Assembly (NCBI GenBank): GCA_029261055.1
Contig: JAJDCA010000038.1
Location: 9,619-73,618 of the forward strand
Direction: 5' to 3'
Origin: Candidatus Omnitrophota bacterium
GTDB lineage: Bacteria > Omnitrophota > Gorgyraeia > Zapsychrales > Zapsychraceae
DNA: 64,000 nt
Shown: positions 50,777 through 60,696 of the stretch, one piece after another
Layout of the letters: each line of letters begins with the position of its first letter
How positions within the stretch are numbered: position 1 is the stretch's first letter
Position numbers and translations under genes: made by a program
Notes under the pieces: model-generated
Databases searched by the model: none
Told to the model about the DNA's origin: nothing
Seen by the model: only the letters and a program-made list of their open reading frames with translations

Positions 50777-51080
50777 TGGTTGCGGGGACCGGATTTGAAC
50801 CGATGACCTTCAGGTTATGCATACCAACTATGGCTTTCGCCACTAGGCGACAAATTAAAAATTTGTCGCTTATTTGTGGTCTGGACTATCCCTTTACCCT
50901 TTCGGGTATCCGCCTACTAGTCTCTACACCTTCTCCGACAAACTTTTTCAAGTTTGTCTTCGTTTGGCTCGGGATTACCATGTTAAAGGCTTCCCCGAAT
51001 TTGACGGATGTTAACCAGATTGTTTCCAACCTGGGGGCCCACTTTGAGCCTGACGAGCTACCTGACTGCTCCACCCCGCG
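50777..51080 (-). tRNA. Initiator tRNA-fMet(CAU), intron-containing (exons 51047..51080 and 50777..50819)
   Basis: Spliced CGCGGGGTGGAGCAGTCAGGTAGCTCGTCAGGCT|CATAACCTGAAGGTCATCGGTTCAAATCCGGTCCCCGCAACCA; C1:A72 mismatch; encoded CCA. Confidence 0.95.
50820..51046 (-). ncRNA. Group I intron (IC3-like), 227 nt, no ORF
   Basis: P1 GGCU*C/GGGCC with U-G at the 5' splice site; P AAAUUCGGGGAA, Q AAUCCCGAG, R AGAGACUA, S GAUAGUCC; terminal G. Confidence 0.92.
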
Positions 51081-51108
51081 ATATGTTGTTAAAACTAACT
51101 TATAACGG

Positions 51109-51399
51109 CTATTCTGTTTCTTCCGGCATTAACCGGTAAACGACTTCACCTTCACGAACAATACCCATTTTTTCACGGGCAACCTTCTCTAAATACTCTG
51201 GATCTTCTTTTAAAAGTCGACGTTCTTCTAATAATTCTTTCTTCTCTTGCTTTAAATCTTCAATCTCTTTGGCGTAATCGAAATTCTTTTTTTTGATGTC
51301 CTGCAATTGTGTAAATGCCGGTAAAAATCCAACTAATATTAAAATGGCAACAACAAAAATCCAAATACCATTTTTAAACATTACCAGATTTTTCCCCAT
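51109..51399 (-). CDS. ftsB: Septum formation initiator FtsB/DivIC
   Basis: TM, coiled coil, [14 protein letters not shown]; follows eno. Confidence 0.85.
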   Translation of the reverse strand: MGKNLVMFKNGIWIFVVAILILVGFLPAFTQLQDIKKKNFDYAKEIEDLKQEKKELLEERRLLKEDPEYLEKVAREKMGIVREGEVVYRLMPEETE

Positions 51400-52652
51400 A
51401 AAGGACCAGCATACACGGCTTTGTCGCCTAATTCTTCTTCAATGCGTAAAAGCTCATTGTATTTAGCCAAACGATCTGTTCGGGATAAAGAACCTGTCTT
51501 AATCTGACCAACGCCTGTGGCCACGGCTAAATGGGCGATCGTGGTGTCTTCTGTTTCACCGGATCGATGGGAAATAATCGATGTATATTTATTTTCTTTG
51601 GCTAGATTAATCGCATCTAAAGTTTCTGACAAACTGCCGATTTGGTTAACTTTGACCAAGATTGAATTCGCTATTTTTTTCTCAATACCTTCTTTTAAAC
51701 GCTTCACATTCGTAACAAATAAATCGTCGCCGACAAGCTGAATATTACCGCCTATCTTGGTGGTCATGGCTTGCCAACCATCCCAATCATTTTCATCCAA
51801 CCCATCTTCGATTGAAATCAACGGACTATTTTTAGTCATCTCAGCATAAACATCTACTAATTCAGCCGCACTGATTTGATTGCCATTATAATGATACTTT
51901 CCATCTTTATAAAATTCTGAAGAGGCGGCATCTAAGGCAATAAAAACATCCTTATCTGCTTTGTAACCAGCCTTTTCAATCGCTTCTAAAATAACAGCCA
52001 CTGCTTCTTCATTACTCGAAAGATTCGGGGCAAATCCACCTTCATCTCCGACGGATGTTGCTAAATTCTTGGATTTAAGAATACTTTTAAGACTATGAAA
52101 TACTTCGGTGGCCATACGTAGCGCTTCGGAAAATGTTGGCGCGCCTAAAGGAGCAATCATAAATTCCTGTACATCTAAATTATTATCGGCATGACACCCA
52201 CCATTAATGATATTCATCAAAGGCACCGGTAAAATTTTGGCCTCATCTCCACCTAAATACTTATATAAAGGAATATTTGCTTCAACAGCGGCCGCCTTGG
52301 CTGTCGCCATAGAAATACCTAAAATCGCATTGGCGCCAAGCTTGGCTTTATTTTCTGTGCCATCTAAATCAAGAAGAATTTTGTCAACAGCCTTAAATTC
52401 CGGATCTTGACCTACCACACTATTGGCCATGACTGTATTCACATTTTCTACAGCCTTCAAAACACCTTTACCCATATATTTGGATTTATCCCCGTCGCGC
52501 AATTCAATCGCTTCATGCTCACCTGTGGATGCACCGGAAGGAACCGCTGCACGACCAATAACACCTGACTCTAAAGTAACATCAACTTCTACCGTTGGAT
52601 TTCCGCGGGAATCTAAAATTTGTCGACCTTTTACATGTTTAATTTTTGACAT
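51381..52652 (-). CDS. eno: Enolase
   Basis: [36 protein letters not shown]. Confidence 0.98.
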   Translation of the reverse strand: MSKIKHVKGRQILDSRGNPTVEVDVTLESGVIGRAAVPSGASTGEHEAIELRDGDKSKYMGKGVLKAVENVNTVMANSVVGQDPEFKAVDKILLDLDGTENKAKLGANAILGISMATAKAAAVEANIPLYKYLGGDEAKILPVPLMNIINGGCHADNNLDVQEFMIAPLGAPTFSEALRMATEVFHSLKSILKSKNLATSVGDEGGFAPNLSSNEEAVAVILEAIEKAGYKADKDVFIALDAASSEFYKDGKYHYNGNQISAAELVDVYAEMTKNSPLISIEDGLDENDWDGWQAMTTKIGGNIQLVGDDLFVTNVKRLKEGIEKKIANSILVKVNQIGSLSETLDAINLAKENKYTSIISHRSGETEDTTIAHLAVATGVGQIKTGSLSRTDRLAKYNELLRIEEELGDKAVYAGPLWGKIW

Positions 52653-52760
52653 AGTTGCTTTCCTTAATTTTAAAAAGGGAATGTTAAAAAATACTTAGTT
52701 GTGTTTAATTCGTTAAATAAGAGAGCCCACGTTATCATAGTTCATTTAGAAAGTCAAGAT

Positions 52761-53675
52761 TTATAAAGGCTCCAAAACCCTGAGAGACTCTTCAAAAAAA
52801 GTTTTCTCTTCGAGAAATCCAAATCGTTGATTTATTTCAATCAACTTACGATACCGCTCCACCACATCCTGACCCGTGTTCCAATGAAGCTTACGTAAAC
52901 ACACCGGACACAATGCCATCGGCCTTGCGTCAGATTCCTTACGATGATTGCTCCCGTTCATATTGCACTCATAATAAATACAATGATGCATCGAAAACAT
53001 ATGCCCAATTTCATGCGTCCCCGTCTTGATTGTCCTCTTCAAAAACACCTGATAATCCTCAGGACTTTTTGCCGGATCGCCATTACGATAAACCGACCAC
53101 ACCCCCACCCTATCGTCTAGCGAAGCCTCACCGAAAACAAAGTTCCATCCTGAGCCAGGCCAAAGATCCATGGCGGTAAACGCAATCATACAAAAAGCAT
53201 CTTCCGGCTTACGCGGAATCAGCCTATCTTCTATTACATAACGCGTAAGAATTTGTTTATCTTTTGTTTTAGGATGCATACGATGGGCATGTTTGGGAAA
53301 ATTGTCTAATGTCATCGGTTCCGTAAATTTGACCGGCAACCCGTAATAAATCGCGATATATTCCGCCGTCTTCTTAATCACCTCTTTCTGCACATCCCCA
53401 AACGGCCCCAAAAGCGTGATATAAATAAACTTACGTTTATCATCCGGTTGTACAGGGCTACTCTTAATATAATCTGAAAATCCTTGCCCCGGCTCCGGAT
53501 TCTGAGCCATCCAGTCATATCGCCCCGGGAGCTTCTTAATCTGATGCAGATCCAACAGTTTTAAATAAGACTCCTCCGCGACCTCTGCACTCGATACTAT
53601 TGCAGGGGACAATGTGACTATCGTCAGCATAAGTGTAAATATCACAACAGGTAAGAACATTATTATTTTTTTCAT
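52761..53675 (-). CDS. Archaemetzincin (M54) zinc protease
   Basis: HEIGHMFSMHHC...C.MNGSN...LCPVC. Confidence 0.88.
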   Translation of the reverse strand: MKKIIMFLPVVIFTLMLTIVTLSPAIVSSAEVAEESYLKLLDLHQIKKLPGRYDWMAQNPEPGQGFSDYIKSSPVQPDDKRKFIYITLLGPFGDVQKEVIKKTAEYIAIYYGLPVKFTEPMTLDNFPKHAHRMHPKTKDKQILTRYVIEDRLIPRKPEDAFCMIAFTAMDLWPGSGWNFVFGEASLDDRVGVWSVYRNGDPAKSPEDYQVFLKRTIKTGTHEIGHMFSMHHCIYYECNMNGSNHRKESDARPMALCPVCLRKLHWNTGQDVVERYRKLIEINQRFGFLEEKTFFEESLRVLEPL

Positions 53676-53792
53676 TAAATACCTCGTAGACTGGTTTTTA
53701 TATGTAACTATATGGTATACTTAACAATGTGGTTATGTTAATCTAACTTTTTTATAAAATCAAGCCCCTTACGAAAGAAAGGTTTTTTAATT

Positions 53793-55469
53793 ATGAAAAA
53801 ATTTATTATTTTCTTCAAACTTCATTGGATTAAAACTTCCGTAATAATTCTTACTTTAGCTATTTTAATCGGTGGCGGATTCTTTATGCACTATTGCGTA
53901 TCCAGCTTTTCAGAAATGGAAAACTTTTCTAAACGACAAGTTGCCGGCCAGATGGCAATGCTTTTCCCTATGTTTGCTCTGATCCATGTTATTACCATCC
54001 CCTTATCCTATTTTATGTACTCGCATATGATGCGTGGTGGCGGTATGGGAAAATTAGGTATCGATAAATTAAAAGTTGCTGTCAAATGGGATGAGGTCAT
54101 CGGCATGGAAGCCGCAAAAAAAGAAGCTTGGGAAATTATTAAATTACTTAAAGATCGGCATCTTTTAAAAGTTATTGGAGGAAAAATTGTTAAAGGAACA
54201 TTGATGATTGGCCCACCCGGGTGTGGAAAAACCTATTTAGCTAAAGCCATTGCCACCGAATGCGGCCTTCCTATGATATCTACTGTCGGAAGCGAGTTTG
54301 TCGCTATGTTTGTTGGGCAAGGAGCGGCCAAGATGAAATCTCTATTTAAACAGGCCCGAGCCATGGCTTCCTTAGAAGGTGGCTGCATCATATTTATCGA
54401 CGAAATTGATTCTTTTGCCCGACCACGGCAAGCCGATAGAGGATTTGGGGGAACCTCAAGCCTCAATGCTACAATCAATCAATTTCTTACCGAACTCGAT
54501 GGGTTACGTCAAACTGAAAATAATATTATCGTTGTCGCCGCAACAAACGTAGCCGAAGATGAATTGGACAACGCGATTACACGAGCCGGACGATTTGATC
54601 GAAAAATTTATATCACAAAACCAAACCTTGCCGAACGCAAAGATTTATTCAAATTCTATCTCTCGCGTGTAAAAACAGAAAGTGCCGTAGACCCGGATCT
54701 TCTGGCACGTAAGGCCCTCTACTTTTCCCCTTCCGATATCGACAGCATGATTCGTGAGGCAGGGATCGTTGCTTTAAGAGATAAACGAGACACCATATCT
54801 GCCAAAGACCTGTCTGAATCTTATGACCGGGTTACCTTTGGCTTAAAATCTAATATCACATTAACCAAAGAAGAAAAAATATGGACAGCCTACCACGAGG
54901 CAGGCCACGCCGTTATTGCGTATTTAACACATCCAACCAATGATGTTATTAAAGCGACCATCATTCCACATAAAGGATCGTTAGGTTTTATTTCCCAACG
55001 GCCCACGGAAGAACTTCATTCCTCAAACAAAGAACACCTTTTAGCTAATATAAAAGTTAGTGTTGCCAGTTACGTTGCCGAAACAATTAAATTTGGGTCG
55101 ACAAGTAGTGGTGTTGGTGGCGGCCCCGGGAGCGACTTTGATACAGCCATGCGTTACGCCCATGCGATGGTCTGGCGTTATGGGATGGGCGAATCCGGCC
55201 TCTTAGGTGACTTTTATGCTTTAAGTAGCTACGGTCAACCCCCTAATATTTCTGAAGAAACAAAGAGGATTCTCGACAATGATGTCCAAAAAATCCTGCA
55301 AACATGTCTAAAAGAAGTTCAGGCCGTTCTTTCAAAACATACTGATTTATTGGAAGAATTTGCCCAAGAACTACTCAAAAAAGAAGAATTAGAATATGAT
55401 GAAATTGTTGCTATTTTTGATAAATTCGGAATGGAATCAGCAGCCAGACCGTCAGAAAACTTAAGCTAA
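53793..55469 (+). CDS. FtsH-like AAA+ zinc metalloprotease
   Basis: GPPGCGKT, IFIDEID, RAGRFDR, AYHEAGH. Confidence 0.9.
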   Translation: MKKFIIFFKLHWIKTSVIILTLAILIGGGFFMHYCVSSFSEMENFSKRQVAGQMAMLFPMFALIHVITIPLSYFMYSHMMRGGGMGKLGIDKLKVAVKWDEVIGMEAAKKEAWEIIKLLKDRHLLKVIGGKIVKGTLMIGPPGCGKTYLAKAIATECGLPMISTVGSEFVAMFVGQGAAKMKSLFKQARAMASLEGGCIIFIDEIDSFARPRQADRGFGGTSSLNATINQFLTELDGLRQTENNIIVVAATNVAEDELDNAITRAGRFDRKIYITKPNLAERKDLFKFYLSRVKTESAVDPDLLARKALYFSPSDIDSMIREAGIVALRDKRDTISAKDLSESYDRVTFGLKSNITLTKEEKIWTAYHEAGHAVIAYLTHPTNDVIKATIIPHKGSLGFISQRPTEELHSSNKEHLLANIKVSVASYVAETIKFGSTSSGVGGGPGSDFDTAMRYAHAMVWRYGMGESGLLGDFYALSSYGQPPNISEETKRILDNDVQKILQTCLKEVQAVLSKHTDLLEEFAQELLKKEELEYDEIVAIFDKFGMESAARPSENLS

Positions 55470-56386
55470 TGAAAAATTTAATTATATCTTCGCTCATTTA
55501 TTTATTAATTACCGGATGTGCAAAACCATCTCCTATTGAGCCAATAACGCTCAACAAAGCCCATCAAAAATTAATTGATATCTGCAAAAAAGATTTTGAC
55601 CTTACTGTTAAACTATTCCCCTTTGAAAATACTTTATGGGTGTATATTCCTATGGAAGAAAGTTTCCTAGATATCAAATCAACTGATGAAGGCCCAAGAA
55701 TCGTCGATCAATTTAAAGAGACCCGTACGATTAATTATCTTGATGGTTGGTATGCAGACAGTAGCTTTCACTTGAAATATGATATCACTTTATCGAAAGC
55801 CTACGGCAAAGAATATGGATTTACTTCAGCTTTTACCGATAAATACCGTAAAGAACAACAGTACATCCTCTTATCTATTACCAAGGCTTATGAAAATGTC
55901 GAAGAAGAAATTCCAGATTTTTTTGTGATTGTCGCTGCTGATATCGTCAAAGGGATTGAAACGCAAATGATCCTCAATTTTTCTGATCTTAAACGCGTCA
56001 TGACAGATCAATTTTTTCATGAAGAATACACTCGCCGTAATATCATGGATTATCCAACAGGTCACACAAAAATTATCGATGATAAAGAAGGGAAACATTT
56101 AGAACTGTATGATCTAACATGGCCGGATTTTCTGGCGAAACAGATGGTGCATCGCATCAAAAACAAATACCAACGCAGCGCCTTTCCACCGTCGGAAGAT
56201 ACACAACAGGAAATTCTCACTATCGTATCCGAGACGGTCCACGCCTATGAATTTACGGGATTTGAAACCGTGCAGTTGCAAGACCTCCACAACGAAACCA
56301 CCTACACCACGAATAAGTCCGATCTCAAAAAACCAGAAGAAAAAGAAGATTCCAAAAGTAGATTAATTAATATTAAATTTCTCTAA
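55469..56386 (+). CDS. Hypothetical lipoprotein
   Basis: Lipobox ITGC; coupled to the ftsH-like gene. Confidence 0.7.
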   Translation: MKNLIISSLIYLLITGCAKPSPIEPITLNKAHQKLIDICKKDFDLTVKLFPFENTLWVYIPMEESFLDIKSTDEGPRIVDQFKETRTINYLDGWYADSSFHLKYDITLSKAYGKEYGFTSAFTDKYRKEQQYILLSITKAYENVEEEIPDFFVIVAADIVKGIETQMILNFSDLKRVMTDQFFHEEYTRRNIMDYPTGHTKIIDDKEGKHLELYDLTWPDFLAKQMVHRIKNKYQRSAFPPSEDTQQEILTIVSETVHAYEFTGFETVQLQDLHNETTYTTNKSDLKKPEEKEDSKSRLINIKFL

Positions 56387-56478
56387 CAAAAGACAAGAAG
56401 CAAAGATGTAAAGAAACAAGAGGCAAAGATTAACAGCTATTTTTTCTCTGCTTCTTGCTTCTTACTCCTCTACCTCTC
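56386..56478. repeat. Degenerate 8-mer purine/pyrimidine tandem repeats between convergent genes
   Basis: AAGACAAG AAGCAAAG ATGTAAAG AAACAAG AGGCAAAG ... CTTCTTG CTTCTTA CTCCTCTA CCTCTCTA. Confidence 0.5.
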
Positions 56479-57080
56479 TAACTAACAACCTCCACCTTCC
56501 GTCCTTTGGCCTTCAAACGGCCATCGACGAAAAGGGAGATGGCTTTAGGATAGATACGGTGTTCAATTTTGTGAATTTTTTCTTCGAGGGTTTCCAAAGT
56601 ATCTTTTTCGGACACTTTAATGGATTCCTGCATAATGATCGGGCCGTGATCCATTTTCTCATCGACAAAATGGATGGTAATGCCCGCCACCTTAGCGCCG
56701 TACGTAAACGTATCTTTAATGCCTCTCGCGCCTTTAAATGAAGGAAGTAATGATGGATGGATATTCAAAATTTTCTTAGGATATTTCTTAACAAAAAATG
56801 CAGATAAAATTTTCATGTACCCCGCTAACACGATAAAATCAATACCCGCTTCTTTCAAATGAATCACAATATCACGATCATAACTCTGCGGCGTCGCATA
56901 ATGACGGCGGTCTAAAAATAACGTCTTAATGCCTGCCGATTCAGCCCGCTGTAAAGCAAAAGCCTTGCGCCTATTAGAGAAAACAAGGGCTAACTCAGCC
57001 TTAATCTCCTCTTTCTCGACCGCCTCAATAATGGCTTGTAAATTTGACCCCTGTCCAGATACAAATACGGCAAATTTCAT
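56478..57080 (-). CDS. purN: Phosphoribosylglycinamide formyltransferase
   Basis: SGQGSNLQAI, LAGYMKIL, NIHPSLLP, DHGPII. Confidence 0.96.
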   Translation of the reverse strand: MKFAVFVSGQGSNLQAIIEAVEKEEIKAELALVFSNRRKAFALQRAESAGIKTLFLDRRHYATPQSYDRDIVIHLKEAGIDFIVLAGYMKILSAFFVKKYPKKILNIHPSLLPSFKGARGIKDTFTYGAKVAGITIHFVDEKMDHGPIIMQESIKVSEKDTLETLEEKIHKIEHRIYPKAISLFVDGRLKAKGRKVEVVS

Positions 57081-57099
57081 AAATCCTCCTCTTAGAACT

Positions 57100-58332
57100 T
57101 CAAGATAAGTATGCCATGTTTTTCTTCATAATGCCAATAAAACCTATAAGTCCGGTCACACTGCCGACTACCGTTAAGATCCAAAACGGCCCTACGATTT
57201 CAGAAAGCCAGGAGCTTAAAAACATCGTTATGAGAAAAGCAAAATGAATGACAATTTCAAGGGCGCTAAAAACCTGACCGCGTTTTTTCTCATCACTGAC
57301 AAGATGTACGACCGTATTAGAGGCGACAAAAATTGGGCTGATCACAAGCCCCCAGGCAAACGCAAGCCCCATGGCCATCGGCAAATTGGCATATTGATGC
57401 ACCATCAAGGCAAAAATAACCAAAACCACCCCTCCAGCCATCAGGCATGAAAACACCACCTTATGCCATTTTATTTTCGTTCCCCATTTGCTATACACCA
57501 CAACGCCGGCAAAAAGCCCTGCTACAAGAGAAATCGCTAAAACACCCAAATCTTTGGTTACACTATTAAACGTCTGCTGAATAAACACAACAATCACCAC
57601 ATAAACAGCCCCCGCCGACGCAAATAAAACAAAAAAGGCATTAATGACAAAACGAATTTCTTTATGTTGCCAAATGTAATGAAAACCCTCTTTCATTTCT
57701 ACCCAAACGGAAGTTTTTTTAATCGAACAAGCAGCATCATTATTTGACGATCGATGCCCACTAATATGAAACACAAACATAGCCGAAAGAAAAAAAGTGG
57801 CTGAATCAATAATAAAACCATTACGCGCCCCGTAATACTCCACTAAAAAAGCACCCAAGGCAGCGCCCAAACCCGCCGCAATCATACCCGTCGTTGTAAT
57901 TAAAGAATTGGCTTTGAGAAAATTCTCACTGTGGACTAAATCAGGAATAATGGACATCTTAGCAGGAACATGAAAACGGCAAAAACTAAAAACCAAAAAA
58001 ACAATGACATAAATCGGAATCATCGACTTGGGCGCCATAAAATAAAAAGGAATAAGAAGGACCAAAGAACCACGTATGACATCACTTACAAATAATATCG
58101 TCCGCCGGTCCCATCGGTCCACAAGTACTCCAGCAAACGGCTGAATAATAAATGTCGGCAGGATAGTACACGCCATCACCTTGGCTAATGCCATCGTTGA
58201 CCCTGGCGCAATTTTCGCGACTAATCCTATTAAAGCCAACTGATGAATACGATCACCAAACTGTGAGATTAACTGCGCTAGCCATAAACGAAGAAAATTA
58301 CGATTTTTAGAATGGAATAAAAGTTGCAGCAC
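57100..58332 (-). CDS. MFS transporter
   Basis: LWLAQLISQFGD, AGVLVDRWDRR; about 12 TM segments. Confidence 0.9.
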   Translation of the reverse strand: MLQLLFHSKNRNFLRLWLAQLISQFGDRIHQLALIGLVAKIAPGSTMALAKVMACTILPTFIIQPFAGVLVDRWDRRTILFVSDVIRGSLVLLIPFYFMAPKSMIPIYVIVFLVFSFCRFHVPAKMSIIPDLVHSENFLKANSLITTTGMIAAGLGAALGAFLVEYYGARNGFIIDSATFFLSAMFVFHISGHRSSNNDAACSIKKTSVWVEMKEGFHYIWQHKEIRFVINAFFVLFASAGAVYVVIVVFIQQTFNSVTKDLGVLAISLVAGLFAGVVVYSKWGTKIKWHKVVFSCLMAGGVVLVIFALMVHQYANLPMAMGLAFAWGLVISPIFVASNTVVHLVSDEKKRGQVFSALEIVIHFAFLITMFLSSWLSEIVGPFWILTVVGSVTGLIGFIGIMKKNMAYLS

Positions 58333-58379
58333 AAGAAAATCGCCTTTGTCGATAACCTGAAGCGTATTTTTGGGGCCGA

Positions 58380-58550
58380 TAGGAAATTTTTACCTGCCTA
58401 CCGGCAGGCAGGTAATTTCCTATATGGTAAAAAATTTTGCCCCGTTAATAATACATCTACTAACGGGGCTATTTAATTTTCATTCTTTCTGACCACGGAT
58501 CACTCCCACCACAAGCCACGGCGAGCCCGCCATGATTTTTGGCGGGGACC
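58380..58550. repeat. Cluster of short palindromic repeats
   Basis: TTACCTGCCTACCGGCAGGCAGGTAA; GCCCCGTTA...TAACGGGGC; CCCGCCA...TGGCGGG. Confidence 0.6.
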
Positions 58551-58566
58551 ACTGATCATTGTAAAA

Positions 58567-59103
58567 TTACTTCCCTTCCCTCACCAATTTTTCAGCCTCA
58601 ATCCAATCAAATGAATCATCCCCATGCGTATACCCACGGTTAGCATAAAGTTCATACGCTTTCTCTTGTACTTTTTGCTGAAATGTTTCGGGCGTTAAGG
58701 CCTTCTTATTACTCGCTTTAATCGCTGTGGTTTGTTTTACCATACCACTAACAAAACTTTCTGCTTCGACCCAATTTGAAGTCGCATCTCCCTGATATCC
58801 ATGCTCTACATAAAGATCATAGGCTTTTTCTTGTGTTTTTTGATACATTTCTTCCGGTGTGAGCGATTTTTTAGTCTTCGACTTCGTTACTTGAGATTTT
58901 GTTATTTTTCTTTTTGCCGTTGCTGCCTTTGTTTTTCTAGATTTTACAGTCGCGGCCTTCTTCGGCTTTTCTTCTTCAATTTCTTCTTTATTAATTAATT
59001 TACGAATGTATGTCTTGGCTGAAGCCATTTTCTTTTTGCGAATACTACTAGCTGCTTTTGTTTTCTTAGTTCCAGTATTTGCTGCCATCTTTTTATCCTC
59101 CAA
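58567..59103 (-). CDS. Lys/Ala-rich protein with two DUF2934-like domains
   Basis: QEKAY.LY...GY..G.....W.EAE twice; histone-like N-terminus. Confidence 0.75.
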   Translation of the reverse strand: MEDKKMAANTGTKKTKAASSIRKKKMASAKTYIRKLINKEEIEEEKPKKAATVKSRKTKAATAKRKITKSQVTKSKTKKSLTPEEMYQKTQEKAYDLYVEHGYQGDATSNWVEAESFVSGMVKQTTAIKASNKKALTPETFQQKVQEKAYELYANRGYTHGDDSFDWIEAEKLVREGK

Positions 59104-59193
59104 TATTTTTACAAAAATTAAATATGTATTTATTTTTACTTACAAAAAGCCTATCACCATTGAAAATAATAATCAAGAAAATATTCGAAAGAA

Positions 59194-60696
59194 TTACCGC
59201 CCATGGGCTTGTGTCATTTTTGATAATTTTTGACTTAACTTAAAATTCAGAACCTTTTCATCACATCGCCATCGCCAATTCCCTTTGGCCCGACCCGGAC
59301 GATTCATTCGTGCCTCCCCACCCAATCCTAAAATATCCTGTATCGGCATAATTACCCAATCAGCTACCGAGGCCATTGTTAAGTTTATAAACTCCCAATG
59401 AATTTGATCTTCTAATATTTCTTTATCTAAACATTGTTGCAAATATTTTTTCTCCGATTGATGCGCATCTTTATCCCACCACCCTTTGACCGTATTATTA
59501 TCATGTGTCCCTGTATAAATAATACAATTTTTGGAATGATTGGCTATCCAATGGGGATTATGCTGCGGATCATCTCCAAAGGCAAACATTAATACACGCA
59601 TACCTGGAAAATTAAAACGATGGATAATATCTCTTACATCATCCGTAATAATCCCCAAATCTTCTGCAATAATCGGAAACTTCTTAAAACGCCCTTGCAT
59701 CGTTGTAAGAAAATCTTCTGCCGGTGCTTTTACCCACTTCCCGTTTATAGCTGTTTTTTCTTTCGCTTCAATTTCCCAATAATCGACAAATCCACGAAAA
59801 TGATCTAATCGAATACAATCAAACTTCTGAAAATGATGTTCAAGGCGCTTCCCCCACCATTCATACCTTTCTTTTTTCAAAACATCCCATCGATAAATCG
59901 GATTTCCCCAACGTTGCCCTGTCTTGCTAAAATAATCCGGCGGCACACCGGCGACAACCGTTGGATTTTTATCGGCATCTAACTTAAATAGATGTGTATT
60001 CGCCCACACGTCGACACTATCATAATTGACATAAATTGGACAATCGCCAATAAATTTAATAGCTTTGTGATGACAATATTTCCTCAAGGCGTTCCATTGT
60101 TGCGAAAACAAATATTGAAAAAATTTCTCCCGCTGCATAGGTTCTTTTAAAGAAATTTTCCATTTTTCCAAATGCCCCTTTTTTCTATCCTTTAAATCTT
60201 CCGGCCATTGATTCCAGCTAACCTCATTAAAATGAGCCTTTAAAGAAACAAAAAAACTATGATCATCAAGCCAATCATTTTCTCGATGACAAAATGCCTG
60301 AAATTTTTTATCTGCACTTATTTTTTCTTTGTGTGTTTTATAAACATAATTAAGTATTCTGTATTTCCATCGTGAAATTACTGAATAATCAATTTTATTC
60401 ACAGATAATTCTGGAAAAAGATGCACATCGGATTTTTTCAGAAATCCTTCTTTAATAAGAATTTCCGGACTGATCAAAAGCGGATTACCTGCAAAAGCTG
60501 AATAACTACTGTAAGGAGAATTACCTAAATGTGTACTGGTGGGTGTCAACGGCAAAATCTGCCACAGATGTTGACCGGATGCTTCCAAAAAATCTGCAAA
60601 CCGATAGGCCCCCGGCCCAAGATCCCCAATACCGTACTTGGAAGGTAAAGATGTAATATGCAGGAGTATGCCACTCGTCCGTTTCATCATTCTCAA
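59194..60696 (-). CDS. malQ: 4-alpha-glucanotransferase (GH77)
   Basis: SGILLHITSLP, GVPPDYFS.TGQRWGNP, RLDHFRG, YTGTHDN. Confidence 0.96.
   Translation of the reverse strand: MRMMKRTSGILLHITSLPSKYGIGDLGPGAYRFADFLEASGQHLWQILPLTPTSTHLGNSPYSSYSAFAGNPLLISPEILIKEGFLKKSDVHLFPELSVNKIDYSVISRWKYRILNYVYKTHKEKISADKKFQAFCHRENDWLDDHSFFVSLKAHFNEVSWNQWPEDLKDRKKGHLEKWKISLKEPMQREKFFQYLFSQQWNALRKYCHHKAIKFIGDCPIYVNYDSVDVWANTHLFKLDADKNPTVVAGVPPDYFSKTGQRWGNPIYRWDVLKKERYEWWGKRLEHHFQKFDCIRLDHFRGFVDYWEIEAKEKTAINGKWVKAPAEDFLTTMQGRFKKFPIIAEDLGIITDDVRDIIHRFNFPGMRVLMFAFGDDPQHNPHWIANHSKNCIIYTGTHDNNTVKGWWDKDAHQSEKKYLQQCLDKEILEDQIHWEFINLTMASVADWVIMPIQDILGLGGEARMNRPGRAKGNWRWRCDEKVLNFKLSQKLSKMTQAHGR

Noticed and set aside
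50662-51105. 147-aa plus-strand ORF (and 50886..51074 on the minus strand) over the tRNA/intron
   Set aside because: Shadow ORFs over structured RNA; no endonuclease motif, so the intron is ORF-less
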